Counted from the first letter of the stretch, positions 46,220 through 55,712 are shown. The stretch is 64,000 nt of DNA from Minisyncoccota bacterium (GCA_018062765.1 JAGORR010000001.1:150506-214505); one strand, 5' to 3'. Made by a program: numbers and translations. The notes: generated by a model from the sequence alone, not told the origin.

Positions 46220-46803
46220 GCACGAAAGCCTTCACGTTGGTCGAGACCTTGGTCGCTATTACGGTGATGACGATTGCCACTTTGGCGCCGTTTGCTGCGG
46301 TACAGCAGGTTATGCGCGCATCGAATCTCTCGCATGATCAGCTCGTTGCCTCATCGCTTGCGCAGGAAGCAGTCGAATACGTGCGCTTCGTTCGCTACAC
46401 TAACTGGCTTAAGAGCGAGGAGAATGAGGGAGGTACAGGCGAGTATGAGCCACTGAAGGGGCTTAACGGGACTTCTGGTCCTAACTGCCTAGGCACAAAC
46501 ACCTGCACGATAGATGCACGTAAGGCACCGTACTCGGGCTCGACACTACAGGGCGCCGCCTACTGTACCGCAAGCGGTGCGAACCCATGCGCGCGGCTCT
46601 ACAGAACTGCTGAAGGCCTCTACACGCAGGATGCATCTGAGACTGATGGAACAGCCAACACTCAGACTGAATTTCTGCGTACGGTTTCAGTCGATGAGTC
46701 CACGGAAGGCGATGGGTATGTCACGGTTACGGTGCGCGTTACCTGGACCGACCGAGGTACTCATGAAATTGAACTCGAGGAGAACCTCTATAATTGGCTC
46801 TAG
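46216..46803 (+). CDS. minor pilin (MSTKA|FTLVETLVAITV)
   Basis: short leader then FTLVE hydrophobic helix. Confidence 0.75.
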   Translation: MSTKAFTLVETLVAITVMTIATLAPFAAVQQVMRASNLSHDQLVASSLAQEAVEYVRFVRYTNWLKSEENEGGTGEYEPLKGLNGTSGPNCLGTNTCTIDARKAPYSGSTLQGAAYCTASGANPCARLYRTAEGLYTQDASETDGTANTQTEFLRTVSVDESTEGDGYVTVTVRVTWTDRGTHEIELEENLYNWL

Positions 46804-46804
46804 T

Positions 46805-47284
46805 ATGAAAGGCTTCACACTTCTCATTGCGGTCGTCCTCGCTTCGGTTGCAGCCGCAGTTACGCTTGCGCTCACGACGCTCGCATATAAGAGCCTCGTA
46901 CTTTCGTCCGCGGCGCAGGAATCGCAGTTCGCGTTCTATGCGGCTGATGCGGCGCTTGAGTGTCTCTTGTATCACGACAGTAGCAACTATCCGCCGAATC
47001 AAGTGACTCCTACGTTTCCACTCACCTCGACCCCGGGAGATAAGGAGATAGAGTGCGCGCTGTCGGGCGATATCGAGCTCCTTGGCTCTCGCACTGGAAG
47101 CGGCTCATCATTACAAACGAAGTACGCGAGCGATTGGTTCACTATCCACGGTAATCGCTGTGCGAAGGTAACGCTTTTCAAGACATCGACGACGGTACGG
47201 GGATACGCAGAAGGAACGAATGTCGCGTGTACGGACCTTTCTAATCCGCGCGGCATCGTCCGCGCCATACGGGCAACCTACTAA
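46805..47284 (+). CDS. minor pilin (MKG|FTLLIAVVLASV)
   Basis: ATG at 46805 inside the longer ORF 46514..47284; canonical MKGFTLL prepilin start. Confidence 0.7.
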   Translation: MKGFTLLIAVVLASVAAAVTLALTTLAYKSLVLSSAAQESQFAFYAADAALECLLYHDSSNYPPNQVTPTFPLTSTPGDKEIECALSGDIELLGSRTGSGSSLQTKYASDWFTIHGNRCAKVTLFKTSTTVRGYAEGTNVACTDLSNPRGIVRAIRATY

Positions 47285-47352
47285 GTACCTTGGTAAGGCG
47301 CCCCTCGCGCACCCTCGCGTCACAGGTATTTTCCGCGTAGGATTTAAGAACA

Positions 47353-49374
47353 ATGCAACCACCTGAGGAAGCACGTGCACGGGCCGCCAAACTGCGCTTG
47401 GCCATACGGAAGTATCGTGCGCTCCAGCATGAGAAAGACGAGACCGCGCTTCCGGAGGGAGCGCTCGACTCGCTGAAGCACGAGCTCTCGAGTCTTGAAG
47501 AAGCATACCCAGAGCTCGTAACGGCGGACTCGCCGACCCAGAAAGTCGCAGGGGCGGTGCTTCCCGAGCTTAAGAAGGTGCGGCATAAGGTCGCCCAGTG
47601 GTCCCTTAACGATGCGTTCGATGAAAGCGATGTGCAGGCGTTTGCTGAGCGCGTCGAGCGAGGACTCGATCGGGCCGGTGTCTCCACGCGTCCGGAATAT
47701 TCCTGTGAACTTAAAATCGACGGTCTTCATATCGTGCTGACCTACGAGAAAGGGAAACTGACACAGGCCGCGACCCGCGGGGATGGCACGATGGGCGAGG
47801 ATGTGACGCATACCGTGCGCATGATCAAGTCCGTGCCAGAGCGCCTAACGCGTGCGGTGGATCTGGTTGTTGAGGGAGAAATCTACATGAGCCGTGCAGG
47901 CTTCCAAAAGCTGAACGCAGCAAGAAGGCGCGCGGGAGAACCGGAGTTCGCGAACGCACGGAACGTCGCGGCGGGTTCCGTTCGCCAGCTTGATCCGCGG
48001 GTAACTGCCGAGCGCCCCTTAGGCGCATACCTCTACGACATCAATCTGCTTGCCGGGGCTGACATGCCCGTAACGCAAACCAAGGAGCTCGCGCTCATAA
48101 AAGAGCTCGGACTTCCAGTAAATCGCCATAGTGTACACGCGGACACTATTGATGAAGTGCTCGCGTTCTGGAAGGAATGGGGTGACGAAAAGAAGCGAGA
48201 CGAGGAGGACTATCTCATCGACGGGGTGGTGGTGAAGCTCGAAAGCCGCAGGCAACAGGAGCTCCTAGGCTATACCGGTAAGGCGCCGCGGTTCGCGCTC
48301 GCTATAAAGTTCGCTGCCGAGCAGGTGACGACCGTGTTGGAAGACATCGGACTCCAGCTGGGTCGCACAGGGAAGCTCACTCCGGTCGCGCACCTGCGGG
48401 CGGTATCGGTCGCGGGAACGACCGTGGCGCGTGCGACGTTACACAATGAGGATTTCATACGGCAGAAGGATATACGCATCGGGGACACGGTCATTCTGCA
48501 GAAGGCGGGCGACATCATCCCTGAGGTCGTCGAGGTGGTGCGCGAGCTGCGTCCGAAGGATGCGGAGGCTTGGACTTTTCCTGAATACTCACCCTTGTGC
48601 GCAGGCGACGGAAAGATTGAACGCGTTCCGGGAGAGGCAGCGCACCGGTGCAAGGTGGGAGGCTCTTATGGCGAGCAGGTATTGAAACTCGCGCACTTTG
48701 TCGGGAAGAGCGCTCTCGATATCGACGGCTTCGGGAAAAAATCCATCGAGCTTCTGATGCAGCACGAGCTCGTCTCGTCCTATGACGACCTGTTTGAGCT
48801 CACCGAGGACGAGCTTTCGGCACTGCCCGGCATGGGTGAAGTGTCCGCGAAGAAGCTTATCGATTCTATACGAAACGCGAAGCGGGTTCCTTTTAACCGA
48901 CTCCTGGTGGGGCTTTCTATTCCTCATGTAGGCGAGGAGACCGCGCTCCTCTTAGCTCGCAAGTTTAGGCATCTCATGCGTCTATCGCAGCAAGGGACTG
49001 AGGACTTGATGGAAGTCGACGGGATAGGAGAGATTGTTGCCAAGTCGGTCGCATCCTGGTTTAGAGATGAGGGCAACAAGGAGATGCTCGAGCGTCTTAC
49101 TGCGCATGTGAAAGTCGAGATAGTGGAGGACCCTGCGAAGGGGGGCATCCTGGAGGGCGCGACAGTTGTTGTCACCGGAACCCTGCCGACACTTTCTCGT
49201 GATAGGGCGAAAGCGCTTGTGATTGGCGCCGGCGGCACGGTGTCCGGTTCGGTATCGGGGAAGACTACGTTCGTGCTTTCAGGCGATAAGCCGGGCTCTA
49301 AGCTCGATAAGGCGCGTGAGCTCGGAGTACCCGTCATCGACGAAAACGCCTTCCTAAAACGACTCGGAAAATAG
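47353..49374 (+). CDS. ligA: NAD-dependent DNA ligase LigA
   Basis: adenylation-site lysine CELKIDGLHIVLTYEKG, OB, Zn-finger, HhH and BRCT regions. Confidence 0.95.
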   Translation: MQPPEEARARAAKLRLAIRKYRALQHEKDETALPEGALDSLKHELSSLEEAYPELVTADSPTQKVAGAVLPELKKVRHKVAQWSLNDAFDESDVQAFAERVERGLDRAGVSTRPEYSCELKIDGLHIVLTYEKGKLTQAATRGDGTMGEDVTHTVRMIKSVPERLTRAVDLVVEGEIYMSRAGFQKLNAARRRAGEPEFANARNVAAGSVRQLDPRVTAERPLGAYLYDINLLAGADMPVTQTKELALIKELGLPVNRHSVHADTIDEVLAFWKEWGDEKKRDEEDYLIDGVVVKLESRRQQELLGYTGKAPRFALAIKFAAEQVTTVLEDIGLQLGRTGKLTPVAHLRAVSVAGTTVARATLHNEDFIRQKDIRIGDTVILQKAGDIIPEVVEVVRELRPKDAEAWTFPEYSPLCAGDGKIERVPGEAAHRCKVGGSYGEQVLKLAHFVGKSALDIDGFGKKSIELLMQHELVSSYDDLFELTEDELSALPGMGEVSAKKLIDSIRNAKRVPFNRLLVGLSIPHVGEETALLLARKFRHLMRLSQQGTEDLMEVDGIGEIVAKSVASWFRDEGNKEMLERLTAHVKVEIVEDPAKGGILEGATVVVTGTLPTLSRDRAKALVIGAGGTVSGSVSGKTTFVLSGDKPGSKLDKARELGVPVIDENAFLKRLGK

Positions 49375-49414
49375 CACGTAGAAGAAGGAAGGCCGCTCGT
49401 GCTAAAGTGGCCGC

Positions 49415-49702
49415 ATGATAGGGAACGAGGAGGTTAAGAAGCTCGCGTCACTCGCGCGCATCGATATCAAGGAGGAGGACCTACCGCGCTTCGTCGCGGA
49501 ATTTGATGGCATCCTCGCCTATGTCGGACAGCTCGAGATGCTTACGGCTTCTGGTGAGGCGACCGTTCCGGCGCTCAGGAACGTCATGCGTGAGGACGGT
49601 ACTCCGCACGAATCTGGCGCGTTCACCGAGAAGCTCGTAGCGCAGTTCCCGGCTCGGAAGGGGGATGCGCTTTCTGTAAAGCAGATTATTTCCCATGACT
49701 AA
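49415..49702 (+). CDS. gatC: Asp/Glu-tRNA amidotransferase subunit C
   Basis: 95 aa; LASLARIDIKEEDLPRFVAEFDGILAYVGQL is typical of GatC. Confidence 0.88.
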   Translation: MIGNEEVKKLASLARIDIKEEDLPRFVAEFDGILAYVGQLEMLTASGEATVPALRNVMREDGTPHESGAFTEKLVAQFPARKGDALSVKQIISHD

Positions 49703-51125
49703 GGCGCTCAACGAGCTGACGATAGTCGAAGCGGGTAAGGGGCTTCGCGCAAAGGAATTCACGGTACGCGAGCTGTGGGATGCGTGCGTGGCAGCTGCCC
49801 ACGAGAAGAACCCGGAGTTGAACGCCTACTTGGAGATTTTTGGCGCGGACGCCGCGGCAATTGACGCCGCGCAGGCACGTATCGATGCGGGAAATGCTCC
49901 GGCCCTCTGCGGCATACCGCTTGCGATTAAGGACAATATTCTCATAGAAGGGAAGGTCGCGAGCGCGGCCTCCAAGATGCTCGAGAACTACGTTGCTACC
50001 TATGACGCGACGGTGATTCGTAAATTGAAAGAAGCAGGAGCGTTGTTTGTCGGACGCACGAACATGGATGAGTTTGCGATGGGTTCCTCGACAGAGAACT
50101 CTGCATTCGGTCCTTCAAAAAACCCGTATGATACGGCGCGCGTCCCGGGAGGTTCATCCGGCGGTTCTGCATCCGCGGTCGCTGCGAACATGTGTATCGC
50201 AGCGCTCGGCACCGACACCGGAGGTTCGATACGTCAGCCTGCGGCTCACACGGGGCTCACGGGTATTAAGCCGACCTATGGCAGTGTGTCACGCCACGGC
50301 CTTATCGCGCTCGGAAGTTCGCTTGACCAGGCGGGACCGCTTGCAAAATCGGTCGATGACGCGCGGCTGTTGCTTGCAGCCCTCGCGGGACAGGACTCGT
50401 TAGACGCGACTACGATCCCAGAAGGTCTGTATGCTGCAGCAGAGGATAAGAAACAGCTCGTAATCGGCGTTCCGCGACATCTTCTTTCGGAAGGTATCGA
50501 CCCCGATGTTCTTTCCGCATTCGAAGACGCGCTCAAGGCGCTCGAAGCGAAGGGTCATACGGTGAAGGAGGTATCGCTCCCGACAAGCTCGTACGCGTTA
50601 CCTGCCTACTATGTCGTCATGCCGGCGGAGGCGTCTACGAATCTCGCGCGGTTTGATGGCGTCCGGTATGGACTCGCCAAGCGCGGCGAAACCTTGCTAA
50701 GAGACTATGTCGAATCGAAGACTGCAGGATTTGGTAAGGAGACTATCCGACGCATACTTCTTGGCACATTCGTGCTTTCTGCCGGATATATTGATGCGTA
50801 TTACAAGAAGGCGGAGCGAGCACGGGACCTTCTGCGCAAGGAATGCAATGACGCATTTAGTGAATGTGATGTAATTGCCTTCCCGACGACACCGTCGCCC
50901 GCGTTCCGTTTTGGTGAGAAGAGTGATCCCGTAGCGATGTACCTCGAGGACGTATTCACGGTCACCGCAAACCTTACCGGTATGCCCGCGATATCCGTAC
51001 CGATGGGAACCGTCGAGCGCGATGGCAAGACGCTCCCGATAGGCATCCACTTCACCGCGCCTCATGGCGCTGACGATGTCCTGTTTACGATAGGAAACGA
51101 TGTCGGAAGGACGCTTGCCGCGTAG
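49695..51125 (+). CDS. gatA: Glu-tRNA(Gln) amidotransferase subunit A
   Basis: amidase signature GGSSGGSASAVAA...GTDTGGSIRQPAA. Confidence 0.95.
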   Translation: MTKALNELTIVEAGKGLRAKEFTVRELWDACVAAAHEKNPELNAYLEIFGADAAAIDAAQARIDAGNAPALCGIPLAIKDNILIEGKVASAASKMLENYVATYDATVIRKLKEAGALFVGRTNMDEFAMGSSTENSAFGPSKNPYDTARVPGGSSGGSASAVAANMCIAALGTDTGGSIRQPAAHTGLTGIKPTYGSVSRHGLIALGSSLDQAGPLAKSVDDARLLLAALAGQDSLDATTIPEGLYAAAEDKKQLVIGVPRHLLSEGIDPDVLSAFEDALKALEAKGHTVKEVSLPTSSYALPAYYVVMPAEASTNLARFDGVRYGLAKRGETLLRDYVESKTAGFGKETIRRILLGTFVLSAGYIDAYYKKAERARDLLRKECNDAFSECDVIAFPTTPSPAFRFGEKSDPVAMYLEDVFTVTANLTGMPAISVPMGTVERDGKTLPIGIHFTAPHGADDVLFTIGNDVGRTLAA

Positions 51126-51199
51126 TAAAGCCGGATAGGCGCACATCACTGTTCGAACGGATCAAGGAAGGTTTTTACTGCGGGGTATAATAGAAAGTA

Positions 51200-51820
51200 A
51201 TGGACGGGAACGCGCCCATCGCGACTACTACGAACGTTGTTTCTACTCCGTATACCCTTAATATCGAGGGTATCTTCGGTGCGTTCTATCGGTTCCTTGT
51301 TGATCTTGCTGGATTATCGTCAGGGACGGATTGGATATCTCTCGTCACCTCGATATGGATTGTCGTGACGGTGCTCGCGTATCTCTTTTCTGCTGGCGTC
51401 ATCGCGCTCCTGGTGTACCTGTCCGTGCGTCAGCATCAGATAGAGCTTGAGGAGGCGGACAAGTACGATTTTCTCTCGAAGGAGGAAGCGGAGGACACTA
51501 CCGAGCACTCACGATGGGGTCACGTGCAGTCACTTATCGAAAGCGGTTCACCAAGCGAATGGCGACAAGCGATTATCGAGGCAGATATCATGCTCGACGA
51601 TGTGCTTGCGTCCTATGGGTACCCCGGAAATTCCGTGGGCGAGAAACTGAAGGCAGGGGACCCCTCGCGCTTCCGCACCCTGCAGGACGCATGGGATGCT
51701 CATAAGGTGCGCAACGACATTGCGCACCAGGGTTCGGGTTACCAGCTTACAGAGCAGATGGCGCACCGCACTATCGCAAAATATCGCAACGTATTTCTGG
51801 AGTTCGGAGTCATTTCCTGA
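51200..51820 (+). CDS. membrane-anchored protein with C-terminal HEPN-like domain (R-x4-H motif RNDIAHQ)
   Basis: two N-terminal TM segments; C-terminal ...AWDAHKVRNDIAHQGSGYQLTEQMAHRTIAKYRNVF. Confidence 0.45.
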   Translation: MDGNAPIATTTNVVSTPYTLNIEGIFGAFYRFLVDLAGLSSGTDWISLVTSIWIVVTVLAYLFSAGVIALLVYLSVRQHQIELEEADKYDFLSKEEAEDTTEHSRWGHVQSLIESGSPSEWRQAIIEADIMLDDVLASYGYPGNSVGEKLKAGDPSRFRTLQDAWDAHKVRNDIAHQGSGYQLTEQMAHRTIAKYRNVFLEFGVIS

Positions 51821-51884
51821 CTTGTAAAACCCCCGTTGCGGGGTATACTGGGGCTAACTAACGGTCCGTAGCCGCTAGGGGTAT

Positions 51885-51955
51885 AGCGGGGTGGAGGAGT
51901 GGTACCTCACGAGGCTCATAACCTCGGGACGCCGGTTCGAGTCCGGCCCCCGCAA
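51885..51955 (+). tRNA. putative initiator-type tRNA (anticodon CAU) with unpaired A1/A72 and compact D-loop/variable loop
   Basis: AGCGGGG-UG-GAGG-AGUGGUA-CCUC-A-CGAGG-CUCAUAA-CCUCG-GGAC-GCCGG-UUCGAGU-CCGGC-CCCCGCA-A; A11:U24 pair (an initiator feature); non-canonical, so needs a tRNA-finder to confirm. Confidence 0.45.
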
Positions 51956-51998
51956 CAAGAATACAAAAGACCGCCGCTGGCGGTCTTTTGTATTCTTG
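51956..51998. terminator. 20-bp stem hairpin CAAGAATACAAAAGACCGCC-GCTG-GCGGTCTTTTGTATTCTTG
   Basis: very long perfect inverted repeat immediately 3' of the tRNA, between convergent units. Confidence 0.75.
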
Positions 51999-52185
51999 TA
52001 TGACGGGGGAGCAAGCGAAGCTTGCGTCCGGACTCGAAAGGCGCAGCTATATGCGAGTCTTCGAGCATTGCGAGCCGGGGTCGAGAGTGCGAGTCAGATT
52101 GCGAATACTTGGAGCAATATGGCCGCAACTCGTGACCGAGCCGGCCTCAAATCAAAAAGCGGCACGCATAGCGTGCCGCCCTCGT

Positions 52186-53157
52186 CTAAGTTCCGGACCC
52201 GAACCGCTTCTCATAGAGCCCGTCGGCAAGTTCAATCATCCGATCGCGGCCGATGAGCGCATCTCGCCAGTCTTCCGGGATGCCTTCCACGCCATAGTGC
52301 GCGCCAAGGAGTCCGCCGGCGACCGCTGCTGCGGTGTCGGTATCGCCCGAGAAGCGCACTGCAAGCTCGAGACCATTCGCAAATGACTCCGCATTCAAGA
52401 GGGACCAAGCTGCGATGTGGAAGGTGTGGAGTGCCGAGCCTGCAGGCCCGCCGGTCTTCATCCACTTGTTGGTCGTCTTCGGGCGCAGAAGCTCGTGGTG
52501 TTCCATCGACAGCAGATAGGCAAGCTCGGGGTCGTCGATTCGCTCATGTCGTGTGGTTTCCCAAGCGACGTCCCGGTCGAGGCCCACAAGGAGTGCCTTC
52601 AAGAGATGGACATACTGCACGCAGCATTCGATGGCTGTCGGATGGATGTGCGTCACAGACGACGACGCCGCGACGATGCGCTGCCAGCCCTCGCTGCTTC
52701 CCAGAAGCCAGAGGCCCAAGGGAGCGCTCCGCATCAGACTTCCATTCGAGGCGATGTACGGCTTGTCATCGCGCGCCTGCGACTCCTCGTAGGTGGGAGA
52801 CTCAAGCATAATGCGTGTCGTACCGCCAAAGCCATCCGGCTTTCCGTCCCAGATGAAGCTCTTTCCGCCGATAACCTCACGGAAAAGCTGGTACTGGTGC
52901 GCGGGGTCTGAGCCGTCGCGCTCGACGATGCTTACCGCGAGCGCCGCGGTGAGTTCCGTATCGTCGGTGGGTCGTCCGGCCTCGAAGAATCCGGAGCGAC
53001 CCCAGGGGTCGGCGTAGCGGTGCGGCACGAGTCCGCCGCGTTTTGCGAGTCCCTCGTCGATATACGAGGGACTCTTCTTTTCATAAGGCGCACCGAGCGA
53101 GTCGCCGGCATACACGCCAAGAAGCGAGCCGCGGAAGCGTTCTTTGAGCGAAACCAT
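52186..53157 (-). CDS. ADP-ribosylglycohydrolase family protein (DraG/ARH-like)
   Basis: GDSLGAPYE, TDDTELTAALA, NGSLMR and SGDTDT.AAVAGGLLGA motifs; ATG at 53157 with AAGGAGG 7 nt upstream. Confidence 0.8.
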   Translation of the reverse strand: MVSLKERFRGSLLGVYAGDSLGAPYEKKSPSYIDEGLAKRGGLVPHRYADPWGRSGFFEAGRPTDDTELTAALAVSIVERDGSDPAHQYQLFREVIGGKSFIWDGKPDGFGGTTRIMLESPTYEESQARDDKPYIASNGSLMRSAPLGLWLLGSSEGWQRIVAASSSVTHIHPTAIECCVQYVHLLKALLVGLDRDVAWETTRHERIDDPELAYLLSMEHHELLRPKTTNKWMKTGGPAGSALHTFHIAAWSLLNAESFANGLELAVRFSGDTDTAAAVAGGLLGAHYGVEGIPEDWRDALIGRDRMIELADGLYEKRFGSGT

Positions 53158-53225
53158 TAAAGATCCTCCTTGAATCTGCCCGCACCCTACCACAGAGGGT
53201 GCGAGGGCTCTATATGGACGGAGCG

Positions 53226-53921
53226 CTAAAGAACCTCGATTTCCTCCACGTTCTTCTTAGCGAAACGATACAGCTCTGCAGGGCGGAAGCGGCCACCAGC
53301 GCGCTTTTTACCGAGCGCCTTCAATACGCCGATTTTAAGTATCTTCTTACGGAAATTGCGCTTATCAAGGCTTGTGCCGAGTATCGCTTCGTACGCTTTC
53401 TCAAGTTCGGTGAGCGTGAACTCGACAGGCATCAGCTTGCCGACCAAGGTCGTATACGTCGCGCGCGATGCGAGACGCGCTATCGCGGTGCGGAGAATCT
53501 CGTCATGGTCATAAGCGAGTCCTTTAAGGCGCGCTACCGGCACCCAAGAGGCTCCGTTCGCGTCCATTTGCTCCTCGCTTGAAAGGCTATCCCAGGGAAC
53601 AAGCGCGAGGTATGCGACCGCAACGACACGCCCGCGCGGGTCGCGGTCTACTTCACTGAAGGTGTAGAGCTGCTCGTGATACACCTTCCGTGCGTCGACG
53701 CCCGCCTTCTCCATGAGGTGCCGTATCGCAGATTCCTCCGCTGTTTCCTTAGGAGCCAAGAGGCCGCCTGGGAGGCCTCTCGTGTTAGGGAAGTGGGGTG
53801 GGCGCTCTACTTTTATAAGACGCACAAAGAGCGCGCCGTCGCGAATCGTAAATAGGGCGGTATCGACGGCAACAATCGCGAAGCGGAGCGTGTCGGTCAT
53901 AGGAAAAGCATACCAGCGCAT
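53226..53921 (-). CDS. Nudix hydrolase fused to a C-terminal winged-helix domain (NrtR-like ADP-ribose-responsive regulator / ADP-ribose pyrophosphatase)
   Basis: Nudix box GLPGGLLAPKETAEESAIRHLMEKAGV; C-terminal FTLTELEKAYEAILG...RNFRKKIL matches the NrtR wHTH; alternative start at 53900. Confidence 0.72.
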   Translation of the reverse strand: MRWYAFPMTDTLRFAIVAVDTALFTIRDGALFVRLIKVERPPHFPNTRGLPGGLLAPKETAEESAIRHLMEKAGVDARKVYHEQLYTFSEVDRDPRGRVVAVAYLALVPWDSLSSEEQMDANGASWVPVARLKGLAYDHDEILRTAIARLASRATYTTLVGKLMPVEFTLTELEKAYEAILGTSLDKRNFRKKILKIGVLKALGKKRAGGRFRPAELYRFAKKNVEEIEVL

Positions 53922-53924
53922 TGC

Positions 53925-53953
53925 TTATTGTCAATTGAACACGAACATTGACG
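53925..53953. promoter_or_regulatory. candidate operator: near-palindromic TTATTGTCAATTGAACA CGAACATTGACG in the divergent nrtR-like / pnuC intergenic region
   Basis: core palindrome TCAATTGA plus GTCAAT...ATTGAC inverted repeat, read directly. Confidence 0.35.
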
Positions 53954-54003
53954 TGGTGGATTGCTATGATAGTGTATAAATCACACTAATAAGGAAACCT
54001 GGT

Positions 54004-54720
54004 ATGAATAATGCAACTGCCGTCATAAAGCTCCTCGGCCCCCTAAGGGGGGTGATGGAGCAGGCCTATGTCGCCCTCGCCATGCTGCTTGTCACGGTGG
54101 CATACGAGCTTGGTTCGTCATATCTCGTACCTGGCTCCTCCTTTAATTGGTGGGAATTCATTGGTACATGGGCTGGGCTCGTATGCGTGTGGCTCTCGCG
54201 CACCGAGAACGTGCTGTGCTGGCCGTGGGGCATCGTGAGCGCTGCGGCGTTTGGTATGTTCTTCTGGCAAATCGGACTCCCGGGGCAGCAGTGGCTCAAT
54301 TGGGGTTACTTCTTGGTCATTCAACTCTGGGCCTGGCCGCACTGGGTATTTGGCGGGAGGATGCGAACCGAGCTTCCAGTGACACGACTCTCCCTTAAGG
54401 GACGTCTCACGGCTCTCGCTGCGCTCGTCGCTGGCACGCTCACTGTGTATTTCGCTATAGACGCGTTGGTGCCTGGGTCTCTGTATCCGGCGCTCGACGC
54501 GACTGTGGTCGCCTCGAGTATCGTTGCGCAGTTCCTCCTCGGCAGGAAGAAGATAGAGAGTTGGATACTCTGGCTCGGGCCAGTGAATCTGCTTTCCATC
54601 ACGCTCTTCTTTGCTGCAGGTGCCTACACGGTAATGGCGCTTTACGTCGCGTTCTTCATCCACGCCTGCTTCGCGCTTCGTACATGGTCAAAGACGCGAG
54701 CGGAGAACACTCATGTTTAA
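54004..54720 (+). CDS. pnuC: nicotinamide riboside transporter PnuC
   Basis: 7-TM; W.W...N and Q..LNWGY motifs; AAGGAAA SD. Confidence 0.82.
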   Translation: MNNATAVIKLLGPLRGVMEQAYVALAMLLVTVAYELGSSYLVPGSSFNWWEFIGTWAGLVCVWLSRTENVLCWPWGIVSAAAFGMFFWQIGLPGQQWLNWGYFLVIQLWAWPHWVFGGRMRTELPVTRLSLKGRLTALAALVAGTLTVYFAIDALVPGSLYPALDATVVASSIVAQFLLGRKKIESWILWLGPVNLLSITLFFAAGAYTVMALYVAFFIHACFALRTWSKTRAENTHV

Positions 54721-55675
54721 GCGCGGAGTCGTCATCGGGAAGTTCTACCCGCCTCATCGAGGGCATAAGTACCTTATCGATACAGCGAAAAGCCAATGCG
54801 AGCATCTCGCCGTCATCGTCTGCTGGAAGAAGAGTCAGGAGATATCCGGCGTAGAGCGGGCGAGGTGGATTAAGCACATTCATCCGGACGTTGAGGTAAA
54901 GCTCCTTGATGACGACCGGCTCGCCGAGGACGACTCAGCGGCGTGGGCAGAGAACACGCTCGCGGTACTCGGGTACGTGCCGGATGCCGTTTTCACCTCG
55001 GAAGCGTATGGAGATCCATACGCTTCCTTCATGGGAGCAGTGCATGTACTCGTCGACAAAGAGCGTACGCATATCCCAATATCGGGGACGATGGTACGGA
55101 GTAACCCAATAAAGTATGCAACGTTCCTGGAGCCGGTTGTGCGTGCGAGTTTCTCGCGCCGGGTATGTGTCGTTGGAGCAGAGTCGACGGGAACGACGAC
55201 TCTTGCCAAAGCGCTCGCTGCGCACTACAAGACCGTATGGGTGCCTGAATATGGACGGCTGTATTCGGAAGGAAAGCTGTCTGCAGGAGACGAGGCTTTG
55301 TGGCGCACGGAGGAGTTCGTCACCATCGCAAAAGCGCAGGCCGAGCTCGAGGATAGTCTCGCGGAGGCAGGGAACGGACTCGTGATATGCGACACGGACG
55401 CGTTTGCGACCGGCGTCTGGCATGAACGATATATGGGCACGCGGTCGAGCGCGGTCGAGCAGATTGGTGCCGCACGCCGACCGGATCTTTACCTCCTTAC
55501 CGGAGACGAGATTCCATTTGTGCAGGATGGAACGCGCGACGGCGAACATATACGACATGATATGCATCATCGGTTTATCGAGCGACTTGAGGAATCTGAA
55601 CGACCATACCTCCTGATTGACGGTTCGAAGGAGGAGAGACTTACAAAAGCCATCGCGGCGATAGATGCTTTGTAG
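54713..55675 (+). CDS. nadR: bifunctional NMN adenylyltransferase / ribosylnicotinamide kinase (NadR-like, without HTH)
   Basis: GKFYPPHRGH nucleotidyltransferase motif; P-loop GAESTGTTTLAKALA; overlaps the pnuC stop. Confidence 0.85.
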   Translation: MFKRGVVIGKFYPPHRGHKYLIDTAKSQCEHLAVIVCWKKSQEISGVERARWIKHIHPDVEVKLLDDDRLAEDDSAAWAENTLAVLGYVPDAVFTSEAYGDPYASFMGAVHVLVDKERTHIPISGTMVRSNPIKYATFLEPVVRASFSRRVCVVGAESTGTTTLAKALAAHYKTVWVPEYGRLYSEGKLSAGDEALWRTEEFVTIAKAQAELEDSLAEAGNGLVICDTDAFATGVWHERYMGTRSSAVEQIGAARRPDLYLLTGDEIPFVQDGTRDGEHIRHDMHHRFIERLEESERPYLLIDGSKEERLTKAIAAIDAL

Positions 55676-55712
55676 TTCTCGAAGACGGCATATGTCGTGA
55701 GGAATGCAGTAA

